From the NCBI GenBank assembly GCA_040954595.2, contig CM082590.2, positions 10,070,088 to 10,134,087 on the forward strand: a stretch of 64,000 nt of DNA, given 5' to 3'. Below, in pieces: positions 1 through 14,800 of this stretch. The position numbers and the translations under genes are program-made. The stretch is from Balanoglossus misakiensis (lineage: Eukaryota > Animalia > Hemichordata). The first letter of the stretch is position 1, and every line of letters starts with the position of its first letter. The notes below the pieces were generated by a model, which was given only the letters and a program-made list of their open reading frames with translations, was not told the origin of the DNA and made no database searches.

Positions 1-3000
1 CTTTTCGCGACCACAAATCATACTCAGTGTTTGTACAACAGTAAAATCTCTTCAGCGCTGAAAACTGTTTAAATAAGTTGTTTGCGTCGGTTCTTCAGTC
101 TTTGGCCGTCTGTTCCAATTGCCACGTTTAAAATTAAAAAATCGAAACCTCTTCATAGACTGGGATGATTTTAAATGTCTCGCAGACTCGTTGTAAAAGT
201 GGACTTAATTGGCTCAAAACAAAGACAAACAATTGAAGACGGCGTTCTATAGTCGCGGCTTGTTTTGCGTTCCACAGTCATAAATGAGCTCGGCAGTATT
301 TGGTATGGATGGACGATTGTTTTACAGCCCGGCCGTGTACATAAAAAGTGCCATAAAACGACACACTGGACGTGAGTACCTTTGAAGTGGGATTGTGAAA
401 GGATTTCCTCAGCGAATGGCGGCGGGTTGTATCAAAGCCAAAAAAGGTGGCTCGGGGAGACTTCTGAGGTACGCCGCAGTTGAAATTACCCACGAGTTAG
501 GAGGCTCTCCAAAATGGCGTCGTCGCCTACGTCATGCGTAACCTTGAAATAAAAATTGGAGCGGCGAACAGAAAAGGAATTTTATGGTCCAATATCGATG
601 ATTCAGTCTTCACAATTGCTAAACGACTTTCGCTGACTCCAGCGTTGCCACACTCCCGCTTCCAAAGGTCAAGGCATCGGCAACAACAGCTAAAATATTA
701 ACAATCGGTTCTGACAACTCTTTCATTCCGCTGTGTCCTCACATCGGGTGAAGGCAAACCGTTTCTAAGCAACCGTACACTCATCAGCGTCTCATCCGGA
801 TTATCACTCACAGCGCACGCCGGGAGGAATTACTCTCCCGCCGGGAGAGAACATCAAGCAAAGTTACTCGCTTGTTTTTTTTTATTTGTTAAAAAGAAAG
901 ATGGCGATTATTTGAAATTTCCCCTTAATATAACGAGAAATATTTCACACACTTTTCTGACATTAAAACTTATCTGAAATGATTATTGTAAGAAAACGAA
1001 GCCGAGAGGTGACTTCTTGGTGGCGCTAATCTGTCAAGTCAAACAGTTTCATCCCTGCTATTGCCCATAGATGGTTTGCGTCAAATTTAACTTTTTAAAT
1101 ATTTTGTTTTCAAGACAAAATTAGACCACAAACTTTCAATTAAGGCTTTAAAATAATTATAAACGTAAAGTAGCGCTATATTGCACTTGTCAATTTAAAT
1201 ATGTTTTTAAAAACTGATCAGAATAAACACCTTTCGGACAGGAAGAATGATGTATGACTTAATGAATCCTATTATTATCTATCAATGCCCATAAAATTGT
1301 TAAGTTTTTCGGCGCCCAGAAGGATTTTTTTTTCGAGATCAGTCCGAGGTTACAACAGAACAAACAAATTAGCAACGCCCCCGCGTACACGTTTCCAACG
1401 TGGAACAACGCTAGTTTCATGGGAATAAACAAACCGTAGCCATGCAATGAAAGTGAGGATTTCGATAACAATCTCTTTCCCTTAAATCTTTGATCCATAT
1501 TTCCCCCACCATCACGGCAAAATAATAATCACGATTTGTGAATGGGGCTCAACGTGTCAAGTCGTTGTGTACATCCTTGTTTACGGAAGTAATTATTTTG
1601 TCTTTCCTAAATAACAGAACGAGCAGAATAATGACGTAATGTTATGTTTCGAGTTGATTGGCACCCGAGGTATATTGCGAGCGCGAAATTCTATGGCACG
1701 AGTAAATAAACACTAAAAATTTGATGTGCACACTCGTAAATAAAATGCATGATGTCACAGAGGTTCTTAAGGTGACATAAAACGCAGATACTCACTCGGT
1801 TTTTTGGAACAACTTCCCGACCTTACAAGAACGGTACCGAAGATAAACGGGATTTTAACGGGAATCGAAGCGCTCGCCTTGTCGTCAGAAACAGACAATA
1901 GTGCGAGAGCGTTGCACCACCTGCTTTTGTCAAATGCGATTGTTACACGGAGCGGAAAGAGAGCGAGTTGAAAAAACGCATTTATCTTTGTTGACTTCGA
2001 ATTTAGACAAAAATATCCAAGCGGGAGAGTTGCTGGGAAAGAGCGACACGTATACAAAGCAGGATGAGCTGTTCCTGAAGGCCGGGAAAATATTTAACCT
2101 TGACGGAACAAGGCCAGGCGGGCAAAGTGCTACCGCAGGGTAATTTATCAATATATAAATATAGCCATCACATTAAATCTATAATACTACGACGCCTGCG
2201 TAGTAATGTTTACCATTGAGTGAAAGTGAGGGAGAGGTCAATTGGCTGAAAATATGCACCGGGACGTATTTTGTGGCGGGCTTTCAACTTCAAGTGGTCG
2301 TCTGTTAATCGCCGCGCGCGCTCCGTGGAATTGGGATTTATAATAAGTCTAAGGCAGGTAGGACAGCAGAATTTTCTTACATGGCCATGCGTTGTGCTGA
2401 TTGAATTATTCAACATGTAGAACTGCAACCACTGGTGGCGCACTTTGTCGTTTTCGCGGTACATGTAGAAAAAAAAAACGAAAACAAAAATCTTGAAATA
2501 CTTTAAAATAATACTCGCTTGCGTAGTTTGGTATTTATTTTAACTTTAAGCAATCTCCAGGTTGCGTCACGACTAAAATACGTAGAATAATAAACTTTTT
2601 TTGAGCAAACGATAATTTCTGGCTGAAAATTCCCGGATGTCTAAGAAGGCTAGTATTAATTGAGAACCAACGCACGCGCACGCGGAATAGTGTAATGAAA
2701 CACTGGTTTCTAATCCAGATGACTGATTAGTGACAAACACAGAAAGAAGAAGCCGAAATGGGCAAAAACACTGAATGGACAAAATAATGCTAATTTATAG
2801 GGTATTAAGTTCAGTCGTTTTAAATTGAGCCAGCAGACTCGACTTCATCAATTTGCAAGGATCGCTTCAGTCATACCGACTGTAAAAACCTTTCTACACA
2901 GAGGTATATGCAATGTTTAATATACTTAGTAATAGAATGTCCCGTGTACAACGATATTAAGGGGTACTCATCAAAAAACAAAAGGGAACATTCCCTGCTA

Positions 3001-3240
3001 AGACATATTTATTGCTAATAAAATACTCGCAAATATTAAATGTACAACGCGATTTAAAATGCACCAAAGTCGCTTTTTATCACAACTTGATAACATGAAA
3101 TAAATTGTAAAATTGTTATTTGAATTAGAAATAGTTTATTGTAATAAAATTGTTACGTAATTGCATAATAAGTTTTATAACTTCACTCATTTCAAACAAT
3201 TATATGCAATAAAAATGATTAATCGCGTCAAAAGAGACAA

Positions 3241-3520
3241 ATTGATTACAAAGTAACAAGTGTAACTATTACGCCATGCATCCAATGAGAAAAAGATAAA
3301 CTACATTTGTACTACAATGTAACAGAAATTACGAAAGCTTCTAGCAGCGCGGCGCCAACTGTTTCAATGAGTTGTTACATTTTGGTCAATTTTGTATCAT
3401 TTTCTGTCGCGCGTACAATTTGGTCAATTTTGTATCATTTTCTGTCGCGCGTTCGCTTCCGGTACATTTCTTTTAACCTCTTTCTGAACAGCGAATCGCA
3501 ACAAAGTTTATAAACTGCAC
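3241..3520 (+). repeat. Dispersed repeat, copy A (homologous to 31988-32452), with an internal 38-bp tandem duplication at 3376-3452
   Basis: Shared collinear blocks: ATTGA(T/C)TACA..GTAACAAGTG, CATGCATC, ATAAACTACATT(T/G)GTACTACAATGTAACA, CCAACTGTTTC, TTGTTACATT, AACAGCGAATC(G/A)CAACA, AACTGCAC. Confidence 0.85.
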
Positions 3521-6500
3521 AGAAACTTTGGGCCGGGACAGTTCACAGTAGTTTTTGGCCTGTGCATGAAGTTAATTGTTTGACACAAATTACCCAGTAC
3601 TCTACAAATCTATCACAGACATTTGAACTTTTTGGTTAGTAATTAAAGATACTGGTCAGCCATTTTAATTGAATTTGCATAATTACTCACTGAGTTAAAA
3701 AGTAGACTAGTACGAATTTTAGCGTGCTTGTAAATATAAATAGAACGTGAAGTTGTCACAATATAAAATGCCGGAAAATTGGCAAAGTTACAGCTAACAT
3801 CCCCCAAAGGAGAAATTTTGTCCATTTTGAGGACAAGTTGTCATCTTTGGAATGGAGATAATTCCTCATTTAGTGATTGAGACATGGAGATTGATTACTC
3901 GAACACATGTAGCGAGAAAGATAATACATCAGAAACCGGGATTGTTTTACTAAAATGTGTCAATGTGTTTGAAGTGCTGGTGTTGTTAGCACATCCTGTA
4001 CATTGTTCTAGTCCTGACTTAAAATTCCGTTATCAACAATGGAAGAGATGAATATGCATAATTGGCCTGAGAGGTATTGCTGAAAACGGCTGGAGTTGGA
4101 CAAAACGTAGAAGTACGCTGGTCTATAAGGGGAGGGGAAATCAAGACCTACGACCAATGTCCGTTTAAATTCACCAATAGACGCCATCTTCATTAAGCAA
4201 ATGAGCTTCTGCGAGGAATAAATCTATTTTTGGTTCGCGGGCGAGCCTATCTGTTTGTGCCTCGCCTCTGACACTTGCAATTCCCATCTCCCTTCACGCT
4301 AATGCTCGTGCGAGCATACTTTATCAGCGCGGCGCCTTTCATGTTGTAACCGAACGAGCCGGGACTCAAGAACTATCACTCCCAAGACGGCGATACGATC
4401 TTTCGGTCCGACACAGCACGAAATACAAGGAAAGGCTTTAGTGCATTTAATACCTTGGAAGACGATAAAAAAACCTCCCGGGTTGGCTAAATTGCAATGA
4501 ATATCAAAAGGAACAGCCCGTGCAAATGGACGCCTGTTCACGCACTCGCGCAACACGGCTTACAAATTAATACCATGGCAATTTCTCAGAGAAGAAAGTA
4601 CATAGTTTGCGCATGTCTAGAAAGTTTTTACCCCGAGTTAAAAGTATTCCTTTAACTTTCACGCGAAGCCCGATAGCCGAGACGCACAGACGCCTTTAAT
4701 ACAAAAAAGGTTGTCAGCCATTTATCATATCGTCCCTAATAATAGCAAAAGGCACAATAAACTAAATGATCGAGATATTTGTCGTCCGGAGTTATTTTTA
4801 TTAACCAGGTTGTCTAAAGTCTGATACAGTTTTCCCAGGTTAAAAGGTAGTTGGTGTTATAAGGCCGCTACAAAAAAAAGTATCACTTCGATGTGTCGCC
4901 AAATCGACGTCTGGAAGTGATCACATTGCGGGGGGTTCTACCAAACGCAAAACCATCTTTGTTGTTACATTGTTTCAAACGTATGCTCCTTTGTGGACAT
5001 TTCCGACACGGGACATCGTTTACACCTTGCAAATTCGGAAACTAATTAAAGGGAAAATCAATTACTTTCGCTGGGACCATAAATTGGGGCCATAATATGC
5101 AAATGTCTGTGGCCCTGTCTTCTTTCGGCTTGTAGCTTTTGTCGCCCGACAACAGAAAAATCGCGCGTTGGTAGGAAAAGACAACAGGCGAAGTATAATC
5201 TCACCAAAAATTTCCGCCAGGAAAAACTAAGTTGTGTTTAATCTTCTGCTCATTGACACTTGCTGTTGAAATTCTACCTTTACATAACACAGACATTAGT
5301 GTCCGAAATTACACCCACCCGAAAATCGGGCACGGCAACTGTATGAGTCTAACGCTTTCTTGATTTAAAAAAATGTACAACCTTGAGGGGAAGTCTGAAC
5401 AAATCTCAATTAACATGGCCGGGGATTAGATTTTTTTGTCAGAATTTCTCTCCTGGAAACGGGGGTCGGAGAGACCGATTGGCGCGGGAGCCGGCGGTGA
5501 AACGCAGTCACCACTGATAGAAACGAATAACTGTCGTTAACAAAATCTCCCTTGTCGCTAATTGAACCGAAAAATAATACAAATGAGTTTGTGATATCAT
5601 TTTTGAAATAATTTGTCAGCGATCAACGACCCGTGGCATGATATATTTAACGGTCCAGTCGCGTAAGTAAGAGACATCGTTCGTCGTAAAATTCCCATGG
5701 AAAAAGATGTGACGTAATTCGTCAATATGGCCTGCTTTATCGTCTGCGCGCAACTTGTTGCAGGGGAAGGCAATTTGCTGTTTACCCCCCAAAAATTATT
5801 AAGTAGAAGCTGATGAGATAGTAGAAAAGAAATCGTCTACCTTGCGCGATATATTTTCTCCAGGCATCGGGCACCTCGGACATCATGCACAAAGAAAATT
5901 TTAATGTGACAATTACCTAATTTGTAAAACAATGCTAATTATCTAATGTGTTAAATTGGAATGAAAGTGAAAAGTAGATTCCTCAAAGCCTGATGGCAGT
6001 TAGGATTCATGTTGTCGTCCACTAGTAATTCAAATGTGTCCTGTTGGCTGTCAGTCACATGCAGTGGATTGCCAGCACAGGCAAATATAATACTGTCGAC
6101 AACAAATGCATTGAAAACATACACCAAATGTGTTTCAGTTTAAAATCTGAGATATGTTTTCATTTTACTGCCAAACAATGAAACTTTCGGTGCGATGTTA
6201 AAGGAAGTGTCGGACGAGACTGATCCGCGCAGACGACAGAAAGCGCAGACGACAGAAAGTGGTTCATATTTGACAAAAAATTATTTCGTGAAGAGAACTT
6301 GACCACCCTCAGTGGGGCTAACGGAACAAGCAGCACATCACACGGGACTTAACGGTTTGAACACACACGATTACGCAAGTAAAAGCGACTTTAACACAAT
6401 AATAAAACGAAACGCAACTGTTAAACCCACAGAATGGCCGAATAAAATGCCCGGCGTTTTGTTGCCCGATTCAGACTTAGACCGTTTATGAACATAGGGC

Positions 6501-9500
6501 CAACGCCATTAAAACCACCACGCGTATATATCTTGTCAGTCTAAAACTAATTAATAGAGAGTAAAATTAAGTTTATTCCCTCCCTCACCCGACACTCTTG
6601 ATATGTGTTTGGATTTTATAGGTTCGATAATAGCTAGAAAAGTGCCGTTTTTAAGTTTGTGATAAAGGAAAGATTCTTGACTGATGCTAATCTCGCGCAA
6701 AAGGGTAGAAAGATCCAACGTGTACTGCGGAGAAGCTGAAAACGCGCGTTTTGTTGCTCTGTGTGCAAGAAAAAAAACAACGGTTTTTGTAATGGCTTGC
6801 CGAGAATATAGAACCCTGATATTGTAACTTTCCAAGTTTTACAAATCATTGGATCTTTTAGAAACATTTGCTAAGGGACATCCATTGGTCTGATTTATGC
6901 CTGCTTTAGTCGCCAGATTTGTTGTCATCTTCAACAGTATAATGTCAACATGTCCAAGCGACCTCCTACGTTGCTAAAATGTCCTTGACAACTTCAGGCG
7001 AGAACATGTCAAAAATAATATAATTGACTAATTAAAATTGTGTCTTTTTTCACGTATTCTGTAAGTATCATTAGGGAAGTTTGGCCGCATGGCGAGATAA
7101 AACCCACCGCATGTTATATCCTGTGATCTGGCGAAACGAAGACCATCACTATACATATTTATTAGTTCCAATCATGTTAAGATTGCGTCATATCATTTCA
7201 CAATGATTTGCTTAGTTTCAGGATCACAACACTAACTTGATTTGCTTTCTTGTTTATGTTTATTGTTTAAATGCTTGTTTTGTTTACGCGACTAGTTTCA
7301 TCACAATCGCATCGACACAAACGTATCGCCAAAATTGCGATAATATATCGGCTCCCCAACAACGCAGACGCACGAACTTTTTCTTCACTCAAATCTTGTC
7401 TTCCGTCCATCTATTTGGACGTTACTTCTGTTTGATTACATTTACTAATATCCAGCATTTTATATAAAATTCAACATATTTAAAACAGGAAAATTATCTC
7501 AGAGAGAGAGAATTTTGTATTATGGCCAAGCGGTTGTCGCGTATTCTAAACATGACAGTCGCAGAAAGTATTCACGAATTACACATATTTTAAAGGAATT
7601 GAGAGCATGAACATCACAAATATATAATCACACGGCAGAGCCGATTTTACGCTAATTTAAATGTTGTGAATATCACCACCGGCTTTAGGGATTTCATCGA
7701 ATGAAATGTAAAGAAGAGGCCTGTTGTATTCATGGATTCTATCTGACACAGCTGTGCGGGCGAACCGGACTCAGACGTATCGCTTGGGCTTCGACAAACT
7801 AGCTGCACCCCAAACCAAACAGAATCTGCCATGAGCATACTCTCGCGAAACCCAGGCGTCCTAGACCTGAAATTCCTCAAAACAGTCTATGATAGGTGCT
7901 TTTTATGGGTTCAGGTGTGTAGACAGTCTAGTGCGCGCTGTGAATGATCTGCGTCGGCAAAGCCACATTCGCGCAAGCGATCTGTATCGAGCAGGCCGGC
8001 TGCAGTTTGCAAGGTCATTTCGGCAGTTACGGTTGTAGATCTAACGAATTTGATCGTACTCTTGTGTATATATGATCCTAATTTCCTTAAGAAAATAAAG
8101 AAAGGCTTGTGAAACATATTCTGGCGTGTGATCTCCGTGAACGAAACGGTCTTCCTTACATAACGAGACAAACAATAGAGGCTAAACAGTTCAGCCGAAG
8201 CTTTACAACTCTGGGCGATAGATGTCGCTGCAACCTAAAAACAACACGAAGGGACTCGCTTGTCCAACCACAACAAAATACTCTATACTGTGGCGTGCAA
8301 CCATAACATGATAATATCAAAATATCCAGAAATCAACTGGGCTGTTTTGTCCGATTTGCAACCAAAATGGCCGCGTAGTGTTGACCACATTTTCAGAAGC
8401 GACATTGAACGACAGCTGTGCACGCCAGCTAAAAGTGCCGCCATCTTCGCGCGACCATCAGTCAAGCTCTTATGAATAACATGAAAATGTGATGCATAAA
8501 TGTACAACATCGATTTCTTAAAATCGAACATAAATATTCATCTTATAAAATTACATCTCATCATTACCAAGTTCGCGCTTGACACGACAAAAAATCAACG
8601 CGTATTTTAAAAACATTGACTGAGAAACTTAAGTGTTCAGAGCTCGTAAATAACCGAAAAACGATGCAAGGAGTGATGGGACCCAAAAACCTCAGTGTAA
8701 TGGAGAAAATTGGCAAATTTAGAGGGGACAAGACGGGGGGAAATGAAAAAGCTCTCAGTCGGACTCTTAGAAAGGGTTACAGATCAGCGATGCAAATTGT
8801 GATAAACGAGTTCATCCATACAGCCATGACTGATACTGGGGCAGCGGATCGACGGAATAGACGGCGACCGACAGATCAGCCAACAACCCCCAAAATTGCA
8901 ATAAAACCTTGGAAGAAGCCAGGGAAAAAAGCGCCACAATGGGGTGACATAGACCCTAAAACATGCGAGAAAGTTAGTTTGGGAAAAATACCGAGATTTA
9001 TGATAGAACCAGAGAGTATTCGTTGGAATCGTAAAATACTTACCTTGCGCTCTTAAAAACTGTTTCACTTCGGCAACTCGATGAAAGCTAGGTCACGTGA
9101 GACTCGCTAGCCAATGAGAACGCTCCGAGCAAAGAGATAAACAATTATGCCTGACAGTAATGTTTCAAAGCTAATGTTTAGTTTTGTAGCGAATATTAAT
9201 TTTCATCATAAAATAAAATGAAAATATGTCATAAATAAGTGATAATTTGTCTAAAATCACGGGTAAGAATCGACCACATTGATTTAAGTAAAATTTTCTG
9301 GAATTTCTTGATTTGAAAGAAGGAATTTTCTTAGAACGTGACGATCGTCTGCGAGAGCCATAACCGTAATGATGGCTCTCTTTGTCGGCATGGCGACCTA
9401 GATTCGATTTTTCGTTGTAATTCTATAATTTTGGGTCAGAAATAAGAAAAAAAGGTAAAGTAGTATGAGGTTGTAGTAACTCTTTATTTCTGGTCCAAAA

Positions 9501-11060
9501 TTGGACAGCAAACGTGCCCTGTTTTTGTTTTTCTGGCGACGAAGGGGTGAAAGTCGGCACTTTTTATGAAGGTTGAAAGCCACTATAGCTGATGGATGAG
9601 TGTCGGGTCAAAGGGACTTCAGAATATCGGCGGCGTGGCTTTGAAATGCACAATGTACTGCCTGTCATAAAATTTCACTTTTAACAATATGTGAACCGAA
9701 ACATTCTGACCTCACCCGGCAGGAGAGCTACCCGAACAAAAATGGCGCTGTAGGGAAAGTTATTTGTCATCTGAAGCCGGGCCTTTTTCATTTCTGGACA
9801 GATTTCTATCGAAATTTCAGACAGCGTCCAACTAATATACTTCAAAACGTATTTTAAATCCCCTGGCAATACTAATTTGTCTCGTAATCCTTCAGAATTC
9901 AAAGTTTCTTAAAGACTAGTACAGCAGTAGAACCAGCTCGACGCACAACCAACGTATATTACATCTTTCTGAACTTCATCATAAACCAATTAAACACCAG
10001 TGAAATATCATTAGATGACAGCTACAAATTTAACAGATAACCTAACTCCTAAATTTCGGTGATAAAAGAGCAATGCCTATTCTTGTTTTTATAGTAAGTT
10101 TAGTTGTGGTGTGTCTTATTGTATATGTTTGATATTATTATGTATTTGCCTAATGTGTCTTTCTTTCAAATGTTGCGTCATACACACATATAGTATGCAT
10201 AAAATATATATGGACATACATATATGTATAATATTATACATTTATATATATAATCATCATCATATTCGCCATCACCATCATTATTACAAGATCATTATTG
10301 CTCCAAATTTTAACTGCCATTTAATTCTAGAACACATTATTTAAATACAAAATAAAGAAAACGATTACAGACGTCGTCAGCCCCAGTCTGAAGTAACATT
10401 TGCCATATGGATGAGTTAGCCATCATTTCTGTTCGGGTGGGGACATCCCAAAATACATCCGACCAGACAGACTGTCCCAGTTTGCCAACAGTCTTGTATA
10501 AATGCCCGGAATATATACAGTGAGTTGAAATCTATATTTAGGTATAAAAATATCTTCTCGCTTGCCACTTTGTTAACCCAATAGATGCTACAATTTGCGG
10601 GCATTTTCTCAAAACGTACTCTACATGTATACAGATATGTAAACTGTACAAAAGCCAGACGGCATTGCGCATGTCTTTCGTTTAATTCTTCGAAGAATGA
10701 AAGTCCCAAACTAAAAGTAATATTAATATAAACAATGTCTTAAAATACTATTTTTTATTCTTTTCAACAGCGATAAGAGTGCATATTATAATTTAGCCAT
10801 ATGGATCATTGGAATGGTTTAGATATTTCCTAATATTGCATGTTTGGTGTATTTACTACAATTTTTTTCTCTCCTCCCAATAGATCCTAAAATACTGTCT
10901 GCTCCTCAACAAGTCACATACATGATATGTGTACAGACAATTGATATTGTTGACAAATATTTTCAAGTCCAGTTTGAATAAACATTTTCAACAGTAACAA
11001 TTCCCAGTATGCAATGGACTATGTATAGAAGATCAAAACTTGGGCATTTAACTTCTGTAT

Positions 11061-11076
11061 GGGGGGGGGGGGGGGG
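11061..11076. repeat. G16 homopolymer
   Basis: Read directly. Confidence 0.95.
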
Positions 11077-11479
11077 CAACAAGAAACACAGAACAGAAAT
11101 ACTGAAAATATTGTGCAAAGTTACAGATAGTACCACAAGTTTCTTTTGGGGTTTGTCATATACGGGTTCACAGAACATGCTGAATTAAGCAGTCAGCTTA
11201 TGCTGAAACCAAAAGTTTATTTTCATTCCCATTTTACTGTTTGTCAAACGGCAATATGTTTGACAAACCATCACAAACAATGGCTTGATTAACACCGCTC
11301 TTCCTGAAAAGTTTTAATTTCACGTCAACCACTCTCAATTTTCGAGGTCCTAGGTCGATTTATTACTGCACTGAATGCAATAAAAGTTTGTGAAAAGGTC
11401 ACATTTTTATGAACACTACATCTTATCTCATAGGCCACTTTGTGTAAACTTTCAATAATGGATTGAACTTCTGCTATTT

Positions 11480-11510
<31 letters not shown>

Positions 11511-11719
11511 GGAATATATATGGAATGTTAATATGCTCTATATGTTGCATAGTTAACCATGTCAATTTGTTGAATAAATAAATTTTATGTTTTCTAATGG
11601 TTATAAATATCTGATTGATGTTTTCATTTAATTTGAAAAAAATATGAATCCTGTCTCACTTATGTGGTCAAATAAATGGAAAATGTTATAACTCTGTTAT
11701 TATTTCGTTTGTTTGTTTC

Positions 11720-11817
11720 ATGTATGTATGTATGTATGTATGTATGTATGTATGTATGTATGTATGTATGTATGTATGTATGTATGTATGTATGTATGTA
11801 TGTATGTATGTATGTAT
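11720..11817. repeat. (TATG)n microsatellite
   Basis: Perfect tetranucleotide run. Confidence 0.99.
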
Positions 11818-14800
11818 CAAGAAATTAGTCTTTTTGCCTCTTACATCTCTTCTCCATCTCACCTTCTCTCTATCTTTCTCCCCTCTCTGTACTGTCCCTC
11901 TCCCTATATTACCGCACGTCAGCTTAAGATCCATAGTAACGAGTAAACGTGTTTGAAATATTTACAGTTAATATGGAGAGATTGTTATATATCAGTGTCT
12001 TCTGCAACATAATTTTTTACTCGAAATCCATCACTAAGAGCGAATAGTTCCATCGAAGCATGACTGACACATTTATTGGTGGCTATCGCGTACAGAATAC
12101 GGGTGAAAGAACTCTAACTGACGGCTACATATCGCTAAGCGGGTAATACTTTTAGGGTTAGGGATTTTCTCGGTAAAATCCATGTTTAGTTTAGATTTTT
12201 CAACACTTCTTTCTTCTGTTGAAATAACAGGATGAAGATGGCGGAAATGGACTATATTCAACGCTGAACTGCAATGACTATATTATTATTAAAGAAGGCA
12301 GAAACTGCATCATGGTGACATGATATTTAAAAAGATGGCTATGGTTGAATTGTGTATGTGGCTAGAGGTCAGATCAGATCTACGTATCGGACTATTGTTA
12401 AAACTAATAAAAAAAGACAATCCATTGTCTCTGAGATCTACAATGAATTGTCCACCGTTCGATTGGCAAACAAAGGAGCAATAAACGGCAAGAACAATCC
12501 AAATGGATACGATATCGATTTTTTTTATTCAATCCAAAGAAAGATGGAATCCATGGCTTCGACGTGTTCCAAACTAAAGAGAAATTGTTTTACATCATTA
12601 ACAATGAAGCAGTAATTACAAGTTACACAGAATGCTGTCGGAATGTAAGAATAGTATGGCCGCCGTCATAAACTCGTCGTTTTCTGATCAGCGGGTTCCC
12701 CATTGCCGCAAAAATACTTTAACATTTTTAGGTCGGCTCATTTGGTCTTCAGTGAACTGATAGCTTGGTTGAAATTAGTTGCGAACACCTCCCGAACTCA
12801 TTTTCTTGACCAAGCGGTGGAATAAAGGCGAAGGTAACAATAAAATTGGCAGGGCAGCCTATCCGAGTGCTTCAAGAACATTGAGTGTGGGAAGGTACAT
12901 GATTAATATCGATCCCCAAATAAAAGTTGTCGCCATTATGGCGAAAAGAATGAAGTGTATTATGTGAGAAAGAAAGTGCTTGGAAGAGGGACAAGTTTGA
13001 CTGAAAAGGAATCTGCCCGACACCTACTACTGGAAATCCAGAAATGAATGTAGAACTTCATGGATGTGGGAAATGTTGTGAAGTATTTACAATGTTTGGT
13101 TTAAGCTTTCCTGTAACCCAGCTTATTTGTCGTTGTCTCTCTATGTCTCCCTGTCACCTTCGACTGATCTACGACCACTACAGCCAAAACAAATTCTCTA
13201 GTACTTGGATAGATCTGATTTAAACAACTAAGTTCCAAATCCGTGTAATTGGATTGAAAGAAAGAAGGTCATTGTTTCTTTTGGAGAGGAACACTTTCTC
13301 CACCACTCTACATCTCCTGACTCTGTTTACCATCACCATTAAACAAATTCTGTTCCCCTTTTAAAAGAATGTTATTGACGATGTTTTGCAACAAACTGGA
13401 CCAGGATTAAACACATTTTGTCCAGAATTTTGTGTGAACGACACTTTGTGCTCGGCGGAGAAGAATTTGGACACACGACATTGAGGAAGGCGGGAAAGTG
13501 GTCGGTGATGTAGGCGTTGCAGGAACTTCAAGCCACTTGAAGTGGCATTGTTTAGGGCGTTATCAAGTAATCTAACAGAGAAGTGGGCCGCATAGTTTCA
13601 TGTGCTCTAAACTTTTCTGTAAGGACCTTTCTCTTTTTTGAATGATTGCCTGTAAACAAACTTTAAGCTCTGGGCCTGGCTTCACTTTCGCGGGGACAAA
13701 GTTGTGTTTACAGAAGGGGTCGTAGGACACACTCGACAAATATTACGACTCCTCTCACATATGACACTGTGGTACACACTTTCCCCATCATCACGTTCAC
13801 GAAAAAAATAAACTCTCCAGAACAGGCATGTAATCAAAACATCCTGAAAGCGAGTCTGGCACAGATCTTAAGGCATCACTGACTTCACAACGTACTTCAA
13901 TAACGGTGGCATTTTAATTTTAAGTTCAATATCATGGCCGAAGTCAGGCTCTAGAGATAAGTTCAAGATATTAAAATTAAAATGATGAGTTGAGACTAAA
14001 ACTGTTACAGTTTGCTCGCGATTCAATGATAATTTTACACATTGAAATGTTGAGATGGGGATGTAACTTTTTCAGGTGCGATTATGGTCGTCTGCACTAA
14101 GTTTGTGTTTCACCAAAATGGCGCGCGCTCAACCGGGTGCGTTGGAGCAGAAACTCCTATGGAAAGTGGGGTATCACAGGACGAGACCAAAACGGTGTTA
14201 GAGGGGGTGATTTATCACCGAGATCGAAAGTGTCATCTGTTGGTCCCGGCTTGGTGGGGTAAGGCGATACCAGAAAACACGCCGGTATATTAGTTCAGAG
14301 AGACATCAAACTGTCATGTCAAGTCGACTCCTACTTGTCTCACGTTTACAAGGAAAGCCTACATTCAGTGACAGTGTACAACATCTTTGTTGGGAAAAAG
14401 TAAACGAAGTCTAGAAATATTGGAAGACATTTTTTCTCTTTCTTTGGTTCTCTATTTTTCTTCATAAAATATTTATGTCCCCAACACCAATCCAGTTTAA
14501 AGAAATATGTGAAAAATTTATACATCCTCTATCGTGTTTTGGAATAAAGTCCACTCTGAAGCGAGCAGACAGACAAAATCTTATAGCACGTTGAAGTTTT
14601 AACTACTGGGGTTTTTGTTATCTTGTGACGACTAACCCTGGTGCTGAGTCTTCTGTGTAAAGATAAGTTGTACTCGGGAAAAGTCGGAGATGATAAGAAT
14701 CACTTATACTGCCCCATCAAAGCCAATCTCGCTTGGAAGCATGTTATCCCTTGCTGGGAATTATCTCAATGGATTGTACTTGGCTTATCGGCGGAAACTC

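Noticed and set aside
4843-4875. miR-196/let-7-like sequence AGGTAGTTGGTGTT between Hox11/13a and the next anterior gene
   Set aside because: Only 8 nt match, it lies on the strand opposite to Hox transcription, and the flanks form only a short weak stem rather than a pre-miRNA hairpin.
8616-9056. 146-aa ORF
   Set aside because: TTG start, purine-skewed sequence, no recognisable domain or exon partners.
11686-11956. Repetitive ORFs (MYVC/HTYI repeats; likewise SL and LLHCSTNVVYY repeats at 26909 and 32057)
   Set aside because: Artefacts of translating micro- and minisatellites.
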